DNA from: an uncultured Alphaproteobacteria bacterium
GTDB lineage: Bacteria > Pseudomonadota > Alphaproteobacteria > Rs-D84
Reading direction: 5' to 3'
NCBI GenBank assembly: GCA_934230415.1
Contig: CAKQEW010000003.1
Location: 73,837 to 137,836 of the forward strand
DNA: 64,000 nt
Shown here: piece after piece, positions 29,100 to 38,074 of the stretch
How positions within the stretch are numbered: position 1 is the first letter of the stretch
Layout: every line of letters starts with the position of its first letter
Notes under the pieces: model-generated
What the model was told of the DNA's origin: nothing
What the model saw: the letters and a program-made list of their open reading frames with translations, nothing else
Database searches by the model: none
Made by a program: the position numbers and the translations under genes

Positions 29100-31514
29100 A
29101 TGAATGGATTTTTTGAATATTTTGCAGGCAGCGGATTCCCAATCACAACCATGATAATGGTAATGGCGGTGATTTTTATATTCGTGGTTCTGATGATGTA
29201 TATGCCGGCAATTGCCCGTCGTGTGTTGCCGGGGTTTGGGTATATGCGTTATTCGCGGTACCTGCCGTTTCAGACGGTATATAACGATAATTCGTTGGAA
29301 TTGGCGGATGGGTCACTGCTGCGTGTTTATCGTGTTGCCGGTGTCCAGACCAGCATGCAGGACGCAATCACGCGTGAAAAATTCTTGGATTTACGTGCAC
29401 AGTTGTTTAACCAAATTCGCGATCCAAATGTTGTATTGCGTTTCTTTATGACACGTGATGCGACCGATGAAAATATGCATTATGAATTTGACCAGCCTGT
29501 ATTACAGAAAATTTACGATAAATGGGAATCCCAGGGATTACGCATTTTCCTGAATAATTACTATATCGTGCTGTCTGTTGGTGGGGCGAACGCGCGTGAT
29601 AAACTGAATCAGTATGGAAATTATCTGGAATCAATATTGGCGGCGTACAAGCCGAAATTATTAAAGAATAACGACCGGGATAACATGGCGCGATTCTTTG
29701 GCCGGATATTGTCACCGATTACAAAGCCGGAACCAGCGGTTGCGGATAATCAGATTGCAGATTTAGCAACGGTTGATGATGTTGAATTCTTGCCAGACGG
29801 CGTTGTTCGCTATATCAGTGGTGGCACACAATCATTTGCCGCAATGATGTCATTCCGTACGGCGCCTGATTACCTGGACGAAGAATTCTTTGATACCATA
29901 TCAACAATTCAGACAGAAATGATTTGTATGAATGGTTTTCAAATTATGGGCACGGCGGATGTAGAGGTTGCAATGCGCCAACGTCAATCATCGGACGAGG
30001 CCGAAACCGGTTCTGCAATCCAGCAGATATCAGATGCCCAGAGTGCGATGGATGAAAATATCGCTGGAAATCAGAGTTTGGTTAATTATTACCCGTTGTT
30101 TGTGATATTCGGTAAAACGCGCGATGAACTGAATCATTATGTTGATGAATTTAAAAAGATATCGGCATCATTTGGTGTATCGCCGATTTGTGAAACATAT
30201 GCGGCACGTGTTTCATGGTTTGCCCAGATTCCAGGATTTGATGTTTTCCCGCGCAGTTTTAAATTGCTGTCACGGACGGCCGCAATCAGTATCCCAATGT
30301 CAACCCAGCCACGTGGTGTTGCAAATTGCGATTGGGGTCCGGGGCCATTGGTTGTATTTCCAACCGCCCAGGGCACGCCATATCAATTTCAATTCCATGT
30401 ATCTGATAAACCGGCGGCGGTGGGGCACACGTTAACAATCGGGCCAACCGGTGGTGGTAAAACAACATTGTTCAGTTTTCTGATTGCGCAATCATTGCGT
30501 CACCAGAAATTAAAGGCGTTTTTCTTTGACCGCAACAAAGGGGCAGAGATATTTACATTATCAGTTGGTGGCAAATATATCACCATGCAAGGTAAAGAGA
30601 AAAACGAAGAAAATAACGCATTTTTGACACACTTGAATCCGCTGAAAATGCCGGACAGTGCGGCAAATCGTGCGTTCCTGCGTCGGTGGTTTGCGATTAT
30701 TACCGGGCAATCAGATGCGAATTCCGCAGATGAAATTGCGCGTGCGGTTTCTGTGAATTTTGATTATCTGTCGGACAAAGACCGTGTGTTAAAGAACCTG
30801 TGGGAGAGTTGTTTTTCATCATCTGGCAATATGCGCCCGGCGTTGAAAAAGTGGGTTGATCCGTTGCAATATGGTGACATATTTAATGAAACGTCTGATA
30901 CATTGGATTTGCATTCGCGTCTGACCACGTTTGATTTCACAGAAATATTACAAGATGAAACGTTGGCGCCGGCGGTGATTTCGTACATTCTGCACAGAAT
31001 TAATAATATAACTGTATCAGGGGGGAATCCATCACTGATTATGATTGACGAAACCGCGCCGATGTTGGAAAACAAGATGTTCCGTGATAACTTTATTGTT
31101 GGCCTGCAAGAAGGACGTAAAAACCGCCAGGCGTACATGGTTGCGTTCCAGCGCGCAAATGTTTTGGATAAACTGGGGATTGGTGATGTCGTTCGTGGCC
31201 AGGCGCAAACTGTGCTGTTTTTCCGTAATCCGGCGGCCGATGCATCGGATTATGCGCATTGGAATTTAAATCCGTTGGAAATGGCATTTATCCAGGGCAA
31301 GGCATATCCAAATCTGAAACGTGCGGTATTGTTGTCGCGACCGGTAACGGGTGAATCTGTGATTTTGAATACTGAATTAGGCGGTCTGGGCAATTTATTG
31401 CGTTTGTTTGAATCAGGGCGTTCGTCGGTGTTGTTGGCCGAAGAATTGTATAAACAATATGGCAATAATTTCGTGTCTGAATATTTGAAAAAGCAGGGCG
31501 CGGGTGACCTGTAG
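29100..31514 (+). CDS. virB4: type IV secretion system ATPase VirB4/TrbE
   Basis: 804 aa. N-terminal membrane-associated region. Walker A GPTGGGKTTLFSFLIAQ. Walker B/DE region IMIDETAPML. Size and architecture typical of VirB4/CagE. Confidence 0.85.
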   Translation: MNGFFEYFAGSGFPITTMIMVMAVIFIFVVLMMYMPAIARRVLPGFGYMRYSRYLPFQTVYNDNSLELADGSLLRVYRVAGVQTSMQDAITREKFLDLRAQLFNQIRDPNVVLRFFMTRDATDENMHYEFDQPVLQKIYDKWESQGLRIFLNNYYIVLSVGGANARDKLNQYGNYLESILAAYKPKLLKNNDRDNMARFFGRILSPITKPEPAVADNQIADLATVDDVEFLPDGVVRYISGGTQSFAAMMSFRTAPDYLDEEFFDTISTIQTEMICMNGFQIMGTADVEVAMRQRQSSDEAETGSAIQQISDAQSAMDENIAGNQSLVNYYPLFVIFGKTRDELNHYVDEFKKISASFGVSPICETYAARVSWFAQIPGFDVFPRSFKLLSRTAAISIPMSTQPRGVANCDWGPGPLVVFPTAQGTPYQFQFHVSDKPAAVGHTLTIGPTGGGKTTLFSFLIAQSLRHQKLKAFFFDRNKGAEIFTLSVGGKYITMQGKEKNEENNAFLTHLNPLKMPDSAANRAFLRRWFAIITGQSDANSADEIARAVSVNFDYLSDKDRVLKNLWESCFSSSGNMRPALKKWVDPLQYGDIFNETSDTLDLHSRLTTFDFTEILQDETLAPAVISYILHRINNITVSGGNPSLIMIDETAPMLENKMFRDNFIVGLQEGRKNRQAYMVAFQRANVLDKLGIGDVVRGQAQTVLFFRNPAADASDYAHWNLNPLEMAFIQGKAYPNLKRAVLLSRPVTGESVILNTELGGLGNLLRLFESGRSSVLLAEELYKQYGNNFVSEYLKKQGAGDL

Positions 31515-31520
31515 GAACGC

Positions 31521-32138
31521 ATGTTTTACCGCAATGTGTTGATTTTTTGTATTGCGCTGGCGCCGAATATTTCGGTGGCAGATGATTGTTTGCCGTATAA
31601 ACTAAATCCGGCGGTTTATATCAGTGCGCCATCATGGACAAAACAGGTTGTGCAACCGCTGCAACCAATGGATTTATTGCATGGCAATGTCATTGCCACA
31701 ATGACAGATAATTATGATATTGTCGCCGATATTACATCCATAGAAGACGGATTTTGTGTTGCGGTAAAATCAGTTGATGCAACCGTTGGGTACAGTGATT
31801 TCTTGGTCCAGATTGATATGCGCCATGTGCCGGATTCGTGTTCGTACAACGCGATTTTATCACACGAAGATGGGCATATTCGCGCATACCTGTCGGTAAT
31901 TGACGATTTTAAACCAGAATTACAACGTGCAATATATTCAGCCGCAGATTCAATTACACCAATATTTGTGAAATCTGGGGCGGATGTATCCGCGGCGGTT
32001 GATGAATTAAATTTGGAATTACAGGCGCATCCTGATTTAATATTGGTAAAACAAAAAATTCAGGCCGCCCAGGAAATTCGTAATAAACGTGTTGATCAGA
32101 ATGATACTGGTGAAACCCTGAAACGCTGTTTGTTATAG
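31521..32138 (+). CDS. secreted hypothetical protein, possible DUF922-like zinc-metallopeptidase fold
   Basis: Signal peptide MFYRNVLIFCIALAPNISVA. HExGH-like motif LSHEDGHIRAY. RBS AGGAA before the ATG. Assignment is from memory of the DUF922 HE.GH motif only. Confidence 0.4.
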   Translation: MFYRNVLIFCIALAPNISVADDCLPYKLNPAVYISAPSWTKQVVQPLQPMDLLHGNVIATMTDNYDIVADITSIEDGFCVAVKSVDATVGYSDFLVQIDMRHVPDSCSYNAILSHEDGHIRAYLSVIDDFKPELQRAIYSAADSITPIFVKSGADVSAAVDELNLELQAHPDLILVKQKIQAAQEIRNKRVDQNDTGETLKRCLL

Positions 32139-32141
32139 TAA

Positions 32142-33755
32142 TTATTGTTCCTGGTTCACACTGTAATAATATTCCAGTTTATCGTGATCATAATCTTCTA
32201 TGCGGCCCGCGGGCAGTACCAACATACGTGTTATGCCGATTTGTTCAACGAATTCTGGATTGTGGCTGACCACTATAATTGTGCCGGTAAAATCGTGAAA
32301 ATTATCACCGATAATACGTTGGGTTTCGGGGTCCAGGTGATTTGTCGGTTCGTCCAGAATCAACATATTTGCACGCCGCAACAATATCTTGCATAACGCA
32401 ACACGTGCACGTTCACCGGGCGACAGAACAGATACAGGCTTAAAAACATCCATATCGTAAAACAAGAAATTACCCAGTACTGCACGCAATTGTTGGTCGG
32501 TATAATCAGGATGCGCAACATTTTCCAAAACGGTTTTTGATGTGTCCAGACCTTCCAGTTCCTGGGCATAATACGCGATGTCTGTTTTGGGGTTTATTTC
32601 AATTGTCCCGCGTTGTGGTGTTAATTGTCCCAGAATTAATTTCAGTAATGTTGATTTACCGGTTCCATTTTCACCGCATATTAAAAATCGTTCGCCACCG
32701 GTAATTGTAAACGACATATTACGATACAACAGTGGCGCCCCCGGATACCGGAACCATAATTCATTAACCATAATTGGATGGCGTGCACCATCACGCAGTG
32801 GCGTCAGGTTCATATTTAATTTTTTATATGTTACATCACGCACGGTACGGTTTTTCAGCACGCGTTCCAGTATCGCCGCGCGAACATTTCCCGCGCGCTT
32901 CATGGCGTGATTTGTCGGACTGGCGGCATTGGCACGTGCAACGAATTCAGACAGTTTTTGTATATGGCGTTCTTCGTCTTGTATCTTTTTTTCGCGTTGA
33001 CGTTTTAATTCGGCCAATTTTAATTTATACTCATCATAGTTTCCAGAAAATACGGTGATGTTTTTATTTACCTTGTCCACATACAGGATTTTATTCACAA
33101 CACTGTTTAAAAATTCTGCATCATGGCTGATTATTAATACAGTGCCACGATATTTTTTCAGGTAATTTGCAACCCAATCCTTGGTCATTGCGTCCAGGTG
33201 GTTTGTCGGTTCGTCCAACAGTACCACGCCTGCCAATGAATACAACAGACGTGCGAATGCAACCTTGGATTTCTGGCCGCCTGACAGGTCGCGCAATCGC
33301 ATATCCAGCATGGCGGCATCAATATGCATGTTTTCAATAATTTCCAGTAATGTGTTTTCGGCCGTATAATATTCATAATAATCCAGTTCTGATTGTACAC
33401 GGTCAATTTCGGATTGTGTGTATTCGTCATCTGGGGTTGCGGCAATTTGTTCATATAATTTGTGCAGTTCTTGTTCCAGTTTGGCAATCGGCCGCCCGGT
33501 TGTTAAAAAATCCCATACGGTGATTTCAGGATTTTGTAATTCAATCGTCTGGGGCAGGTAACCAATACGTGCGCCGTTCATATCAATGCGCCCGGCATCA
33601 GGCATAATTTGCCCCAACAATATTTTGAACAGTGTGGTTTTACCCGCGCCATTGACACCAACAATACCAACCTTGTCCCGCGGGGCCAGGTTGAATTCCG
33701 CGTTATTATAAACAACAGTTGTTCCAAACGATAAAGATAATCCAGATACATGCAT
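32142..33755 (-). CDS. ABC-F family ATP-binding cassette protein (translation factor-like, no TMD)
   Basis: Two ABC ATPase cassettes. Walker A GVNGAGKTTLFKIL and GENGTGKSTLLKLIL. LSGGQKSKVAFARLL and LSPGERARVALCKIL signatures. 537 aa, typical of EttA/YheS/Uup-like ABC-F proteins. Confidence 0.8.
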   Translation of the reverse strand: MHVSGLSLSFGTTVVYNNAEFNLAPRDKVGIVGVNGAGKTTLFKILLGQIMPDAGRIDMNGARIGYLPQTIELQNPEITVWDFLTTGRPIAKLEQELHKLYEQIAATPDDEYTQSEIDRVQSELDYYEYYTAENTLLEIIENMHIDAAMLDMRLRDLSGGQKSKVAFARLLYSLAGVVLLDEPTNHLDAMTKDWVANYLKKYRGTVLIISHDAEFLNSVVNKILYVDKVNKNITVFSGNYDEYKLKLAELKRQREKKIQDEERHIQKLSEFVARANAASPTNHAMKRAGNVRAAILERVLKNRTVRDVTYKKLNMNLTPLRDGARHPIMVNELWFRYPGAPLLYRNMSFTITGGERFLICGENGTGKSTLLKLILGQLTPQRGTIEINPKTDIAYYAQELEGLDTSKTVLENVAHPDYTDQQLRAVLGNFLFYDMDVFKPVSVLSPGERARVALCKILLRRANMLILDEPTNHLDPETQRIIGDNFHDFTGTIIVVSHNPEFVEQIGITRMLVLPAGRIEDYDHDKLEYYYSVNQEQ

Positions 33756-33818
33756 AACGCATGTATTCTAAAAAAAATTGCAATATTGGCAAGTGATATT
33801 ATGCCTAGCGTATTCAGA

Positions 33819-34169
33819 TTATTTACAGATTTTACGCCCCATGGCGTCTGTGTGGCATGTGATTTTCTGGCCTGCACCCGTTGTGCATGCAGTGCGTCCC
33901 AGTACGCCCGGGCGACATGTTGTACGTGCGCCGGTATTATCTGTATATATGGTTGCGCCATCACCGCGGCGGTGTGATTTGATTGTTTTGCCAGCGTTTG
34001 TTGTAAATTTCTGGTTGCCCATCGCGTCCATGCGCCCACGTATGGTTTCGCCGGTTGTGCGGTCTGTACAGGTTTGCGCGCCAATCGCATTTTTGCGACA
34101 TGACACGGCGGCATTTGCCGTGGTCGCCACCATTATCGCCAATATAAAAATCACATTGTGCAGTTTCAT
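33819..34169 (-). CDS. small secreted Cys/Thr/Gly-rich repeat protein
   Basis: Signal peptide MKLHNVIFILAIMVATTANAAVSC. Internally repetitive (TDAMG twice, TTNAG/TDNTGA/TTGAG, seven Cys). No family recognised. Confidence 0.4.
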   Translation of the reverse strand: MKLHNVIFILAIMVATTANAAVSCRKNAIGAQTCTDRTTGETIRGRMDAMGNQKFTTNAGKTIKSHRRGDGATIYTDNTGARTTCRPGVLGRTACTTGAGQKITCHTDAMGRKICK

Positions 34170-34207
34170 ATATTAAATAATAAGACATTATTTACCCATG
34201 TCAAATT

Positions 34208-34435
34208 TTAGCCGCCGCAAATATGGCATGGACGACCGCCACGCGCGCGTGCGGCGGAATCGGTCGTTGTAATGCAATTGCGTGTGCAACGCGCGGCCGC
34301 GGAACACGAGTGTTTATGGTATATGTGCGATTTTGTGTTGTAATATACGCTGTGCGCATATGCTGGCGCAGATGGGGCGCCCGCCGCCACACCCAGACAG
34401 CAAATTATACCGATAACAGAAATTAATTTACGCAT
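34208..34435 (-). CDS. small secreted protein with Ada-like metal-binding Cys motif
   Basis: Start at MRKLISVIGIICCLGVAAGAPSAPAYA (signal peptide, AGGA RBS). C-terminal IYHKHSC....C.RNC......AARARGGRPCHIC resembles the YH...C...(n)...G.RPC..C Ada_Zn-binding-like small-protein motif. The tracked ORF extends 19 codons further upstream. Confidence 0.4.
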   Translation of the reverse strand: MRKLISVIGIICCLGVAAGAPSAPAYAHSVYYNTKSHIYHKHSCSAAARCTRNCITTTDSAARARGGRPCHICGG

Positions 34436-34666
34436 GTTTTCAATCCTGTGTTTTGCGTAAATATTAAAATATAAAAACAATATATCAAGCATAAATTAAA
34501 TACAAAAATCAATCACAGGTTGATTTTATACAAAAATACGCTTATAAAATAGAATAATTACAAAAAATCAACTATAACGCGAATTTGTATTGTATATACG
34601 GCGGTAAACATACAAATATTTTATATTTAATTTTATTTTTTTTTGCTGTTTGATTATATTAAAAAA

Positions 34667-34692
34667 ACACACCAATTGTGGTGTGTTTTTTA
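34667..34692. terminator. hairpin terminator abutting the left island boundary
   Basis: ACACACCAATTGTGGTGTGT perfect hairpin plus a T-run, with an A-run on the other side. Confidence 0.5.
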
Positions 34693-34698
34693 TTTAAC

Positions 34699-34735
34699 TG
34701 GTTGCGGAGTGTGGATTTGAACCACAGACCTTCAG
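34699..34735 (-). repeat. attL-type direct repeat: 37-bp duplicate of the 3' end of tRNA-fMet
   Basis: TGGTTGCGGAGTGTGGATTTGAACCACAGACCTTCAG is identical to 45650..45686, which is the 3' acceptor/T-arm of the intact tRNA-fMet on the minus strand. Similarity decays after about 45 nt. Confidence 0.8.
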
Positions 34736-34836
34736 TTAATGGGTTAGATATTTAATAATGTTTAATATTGTTTAATTTTTCTTGATTTTCTGCATATTAT
34801 GTCGCATAATAACTTTAACAAGATTTAATAAAAAAT

Positions 34837-34886
34837 GGTAGCAAAATGTGAAAATTTGTGATATTAGTAGCAAATAGGTAGTAAAA
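34837..34886 (+). repeat. GGTAGCAAA(T/A) arm-type repeats near the left island end
   Basis: GGTAGCAAAA (34837) and AGTAGCAAATAGGTAGTAAAA (34866). The same motif recurs at 45559..45588 near the right end. Confidence 0.45.
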
Positions 34887-34924
34887 CGAAAAAGATAACG
34901 GGTCAAATTTACAGGGGTAAAAAA

Positions 34925-35749
34925 ATGACAGATACGACACTGAAACTGTTCCAAGATACAAATATCAGAACCCAATGGGATGCGGATGCTGAAAAGTGGT
35001 ATTTTTCCATTATTGATGTTATTGCGGCATTGACCGGCACAGACAACCCAAGACGTTATTGGTCTGACTTAAAACGCAAGTTAATTCAGGAAGGTAGTGA
35101 GTTGTACGAAAAAATCGTACAACTGAAATTACAATCGTCCGATGGCAAGTTTTATAGTACTGATGTGGCGGACACAGAACAGTTGTTGCGTTTGATTCAA
35201 TCTGTGCCGTCTAAGAAAGCTGAACCCTTTAAGTTATGGTTGGCCAGTGTTGGTAGTGAAAGAATTGATGAAATATCAGACCCTGAAATCGCAATACAAC
35301 GTGCATTAAATTACTACCAGCGGTTGGGATATTCTGATGAATGGATTGCCCAGCGGTTGCGTTCTATTGAAATTCGTAAAGACCTGACTAATCAATGGGA
35401 CAGGTGTGGAATTAAACAGGGGTTGGAATATGCTTTGCTGACCGATGAAATTACACGTTCTTGGTCGGGGATGAAGACCAAAGAATATAAACAGCACAAA
35501 GGGTTAAAGAAAGAATCCCTGCGTGATAATATGACGAATGCCGAATTGGTTTTGAATATGTTGGCGGAATTGTCTGCAACCGAAATTGCAAAAAATGAAA
35601 AACCAATGGGATTGGCTGAAAATATGGCGGTAGCCAAGCGTGGTGGCAATGTCGCCCGTCAGGCACGGTTACAATTGGAACAAGAAACCGGTAAAAAGGT
35701 TGTGTCGGGTGCAAATTCAAAACTGTTAAAGCGTGTGGATAAAGAATAA
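34925..35749 (+). CDS. BRO-N domain protein (phage antirepressor/DinD-like)
   Basis: N-terminal LKLFQDTNIRTQWDADAEKWYFSIIDVIAALTG matches the Bro-N/KilA-N-like DNA-binding module. 274 aa. First gene inside the island. Confidence 0.55.
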   Translation: MTDTTLKLFQDTNIRTQWDADAEKWYFSIIDVIAALTGTDNPRRYWSDLKRKLIQEGSELYEKIVQLKLQSSDGKFYSTDVADTEQLLRLIQSVPSKKAEPFKLWLASVGSERIDEISDPEIAIQRALNYYQRLGYSDEWIAQRLRSIEIRKDLTNQWDRCGIKQGLEYALLTDEITRSWSGMKTKEYKQHKGLKKESLRDNMTNAELVLNMLAELSATEIAKNEKPMGLAENMAVAKRGGNVARQARLQLEQETGKKVVSGANSKLLKRVDKE

Positions 35750-36931
35750 ATGTCTTCAAGTCGTATCAATTTTACAGAAGGGGCGTTGAAAAACCTGAGT
35801 ATTCCCACATCGGGTCAGGCGGTGTATTATGACACAGGCAGCCATGATGGATTGTGTGTCATTGTGACCTATGGCGGGGCAAAGACTTATTATGCATATA
35901 TGAAATTTCAAGGCACACCAAAGCGTGTAAAAATCGGGCGTGTGGGGCAGATTAAACTGTGTGATGCCCGTCGGCAGGCACATAGCTTAAAAGAAATGGC
36001 GACCAATGGCACAGACCCCAGTGTTCAAAGACAGGAAAATCTGAATGATATGACGTTGCGCCAGTTTTATGAAAATATCTATAAACCCGAATATTCCACA
36101 ATCTATAAAAAGCAACATTCGGTTGTGAATGATGACAGTGTGTTCAAGCACAGGTTGAATCAATTCCATAATCGCAAGTTGTTAAGCATTAAGGCGGACG
36201 AGATTGAACACCTGCATGCGGAAACTTGTAAAACACACAGTCCATATACGGCCAATCGGGTGTTGTCGCTGATTAAGCATATGTATGTGATTGCAGTGAA
36301 GAAAGGTCTGATGGGGGGGCGTGGCAATCCAGCCGGCGGAATTCGGAAATTTACAGAAAAAAGTCGGGACAGATTCTTGAACGGCGATGAATTAAAGCGG
36401 TTTTGGACGGCCTTGGCGGAATGCAAAAATGATGTATTCAGGAACTATGTGATGATATCACTGATGACAGGGATGCGGCGGAATAATGTGCTGACTATGC
36501 GCTGGGAACATGTGGATTTTACGTCGGGGTTGATATATGTGCCTGATTCCAAGGGTGGGCAACCGTTGCAGATTCCAATAGTGAATCAATTGCGTGAATT
36601 ATTATTAAAAATCAACCAAGGCAAGAAAAACGGTTGGGTGTTGCCAAGTAATAAAAGTGCCAGTGGGCATCTGGAAGACCCGAAGCGTCCGTGGCAATCG
36701 TTGTTGCGGGTGGCAAACATTACAGATATGCGGATTCATGACCTGCGCCGCACAATGGGTTCATGGCAGGCGATATCAGGTGCCAGTTTGCCAGTTATTG
36801 GTAAATCACTTGGCCACAAATCCACCAGCGCAACACAGGTTTATAGCCGACTGACCGTTGACCCAATTCGTGATTCAATGCAAACCGCCACAGATAAAAT
36901 GCTGGGGTTTGTGGATTCCGACTCAAAATAA
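35750..36931 (+). CDS. int: tyrosine site-specific integrase (P4-type, N-terminal arm-binding DUF4102-like domain)
   Basis: 393 aa. N-terminal L.IP.SGQAVYYDTGSHDGLCVIVTYGGAKTYY (P4-integrase arm-binding fold). C-terminal catalytic R...HDLRRT...Y segment (MRIHDLRRTMGSW, ...ATQVYSR). Confidence 0.85.
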   Translation: MSSSRINFTEGALKNLSIPTSGQAVYYDTGSHDGLCVIVTYGGAKTYYAYMKFQGTPKRVKIGRVGQIKLCDARRQAHSLKEMATNGTDPSVQRQENLNDMTLRQFYENIYKPEYSTIYKKQHSVVNDDSVFKHRLNQFHNRKLLSIKADEIEHLHAETCKTHSPYTANRVLSLIKHMYVIAVKKGLMGGRGNPAGGIRKFTEKSRDRFLNGDELKRFWTALAECKNDVFRNYVMISLMTGMRRNNVLTMRWEHVDFTSGLIYVPDSKGGQPLQIPIVNQLRELLLKINQGKKNGWVLPSNKSASGHLEDPKRPWQSLLRVANITDMRIHDLRRTMGSWQAISGASLPVIGKSLGHKSTSATQVYSRLTVDPIRDSMQTATDKMLGFVDSDSK

Positions 36932-37073
36932 GTGTTTTTGTTGAAAAAAATACATTTTGTACGAATCGGGAATTTTAATATTTGGTTGTGAAACAGTTGG
37001 TTTTCTGCGGTTTTAAATAAGTTCTTGCTTTAATTTTGTAAAATCTATATGAATCGTGAATATTAGAAAAAAA

Positions 37074-37153
37074 GACCCGTATAAATTCACACGGGTCGGG
37101 TTCTAAGCAATGTAAAAGTGCTTAGCTTGTGGTGCTTTCACCTTACATTGCTT
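37074..37153 (+). promoter_or_regulatory. hairpin plus 11-bp inverted repeat upstream of the CD-NTase gene; candidate operator/promoter region
   Basis: GACCCGT...ACGGGTC hairpin (37074-37097). Perfect IR AAGCAATGTAA (37105) / TTACATTGCTT (37143). Downstream TTGACG-16-TATAAA (37177-37204) and AGGAG RBS before the ATG at 37220. Confidence 0.3.
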
Positions 37154-37219
37154 TATGGGGCCTTGTCAAATGTTTTTTGACGGGGGATGTTTTTGCCGTA
37201 TAAATGTAAGGAGAATAAA

Positions 37220-38074
37220 ATGGCATATACAGAAGAACAATTAATTGCTTTTACAAAGCCGCTTTCGGATACTGAAGATCAAAAGGCACAAAATTCCATC
37301 AACATGGTTCAATCGGCTATTGATAATTATGATTGGAATGTTGTTGGGTTGCAAAAACCGGAGGTGCGCTTAAAGGGGTCGTATCATAATGATACTAATG
37401 TAAAATTAGATAGCGATGTTGATACTTATGTATTGTTTACGGGGTATACATATAAGGTTTGTACGAATAGTCAATCTATCAGTCCGTATCATATGGGGAC
37501 AGGACAACCCTGGGGGTATTTCAAGGATCGTTTACATGAGGCTTTAAAAAACAAATTTGGCACGGATGTTCATCGTGGAAATAAGTCGTTTAAGATAAAA
37601 GAAAATTCATACAAACACCAAACTGATGTTGTGTGTGCATTTAGTGCGATTGATGATCGAGGTGAAAAAAATAATTGTGGTATTTGTCTGTTTCCTGATG
37701 ACGACACCGGGGTTATAATTAATTATCCTGAACAGGATACCGAAAGGGGGAATGAGAAAAATTTTTGGACAGATCATTATTACAAGAAGATTGTTCGTAT
37801 TTTTAAGGCGATAAAGAATGATGTTGGGTTAAGTACCCCGTCATATTTGATTGAATGTTTGATTAGTAATGTTGATAATCATTTAATTGCTGATAATTCC
37901 AAACGCTACAAGGATAAATTGACTGAAATAATAGATTTTTTACTTCGGTTCTTGTATGTGTCACCTGGGAGTTTTTATGAGGTTAATCAAGTTAAACCTT
38001 TGTTTCACGAAAAACAAAAATGGACGGTGGACGAGGCAGTTGGTTTTTTGCACGTGGTTAAAGAGGTATTATAA
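37220..38074 (+). CDS. CD-NTase/SMODS-like nucleotidyltransferase (putative cyclic oligonucleotide synthase)
   Basis: Pol-beta-type NTase signature GSYHNDTNVKLDSDVD (GS-x11-DVD) is near-identical in spacing to the DncV GS...SDVD motif. A further acidic cluster (AIDD, DDD) follows, then a helical C-terminal domain. 284 aa. Strong AGGAG RBS. Start chosen at the internal Met of the tracked ORF. Confidence 0.55.
   Translation: MAYTEEQLIAFTKPLSDTEDQKAQNSINMVQSAIDNYDWNVVGLQKPEVRLKGSYHNDTNVKLDSDVDTYVLFTGYTYKVCTNSQSISPYHMGTGQPWGYFKDRLHEALKNKFGTDVHRGNKSFKIKENSYKHQTDVVCAFSAIDDRGEKNNCGICLFPDDDTGVIINYPEQDTERGNEKNFWTDHYYKKIVRIFKAIKNDVGLSTPSYLIECLISNVDNHLIADNSKRYKDKLTEIIDFLLRFLYVSPGSFYEVNQVKPLFHEKQKWTVDEAVGFLHVVKEVL

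Noticed and set aside
29100-34000. Further T4SS genes (virB6/8/9/10/11/D4) adjacent to virB3-virB4
   Set aside because: Downstream genes are a small secreted protein and a convergent ABC-F ATPase. No large polytopic VirB6-like or VirB8-11-like ORFs are present in this window.
33578-34176. Alternative 178-aa (minus) and 132-aa (plus) ORFs overlapping the small secreted-protein gene
   Set aside because: The competing frames are His/Arg/Ala-rich without signal peptides or motifs. The chosen 116-aa frame has a canonical signal peptide and internal repeats.
34500-34690. Possible gene or small RNA in the 190-bp AT-rich stretch left of the att repeat
   Set aside because: There is no ORF of 30 codons or more and no promoter-terminator pair. 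It is most simply the AT-rich flank of the integration site, ending in a hairpin terminator.
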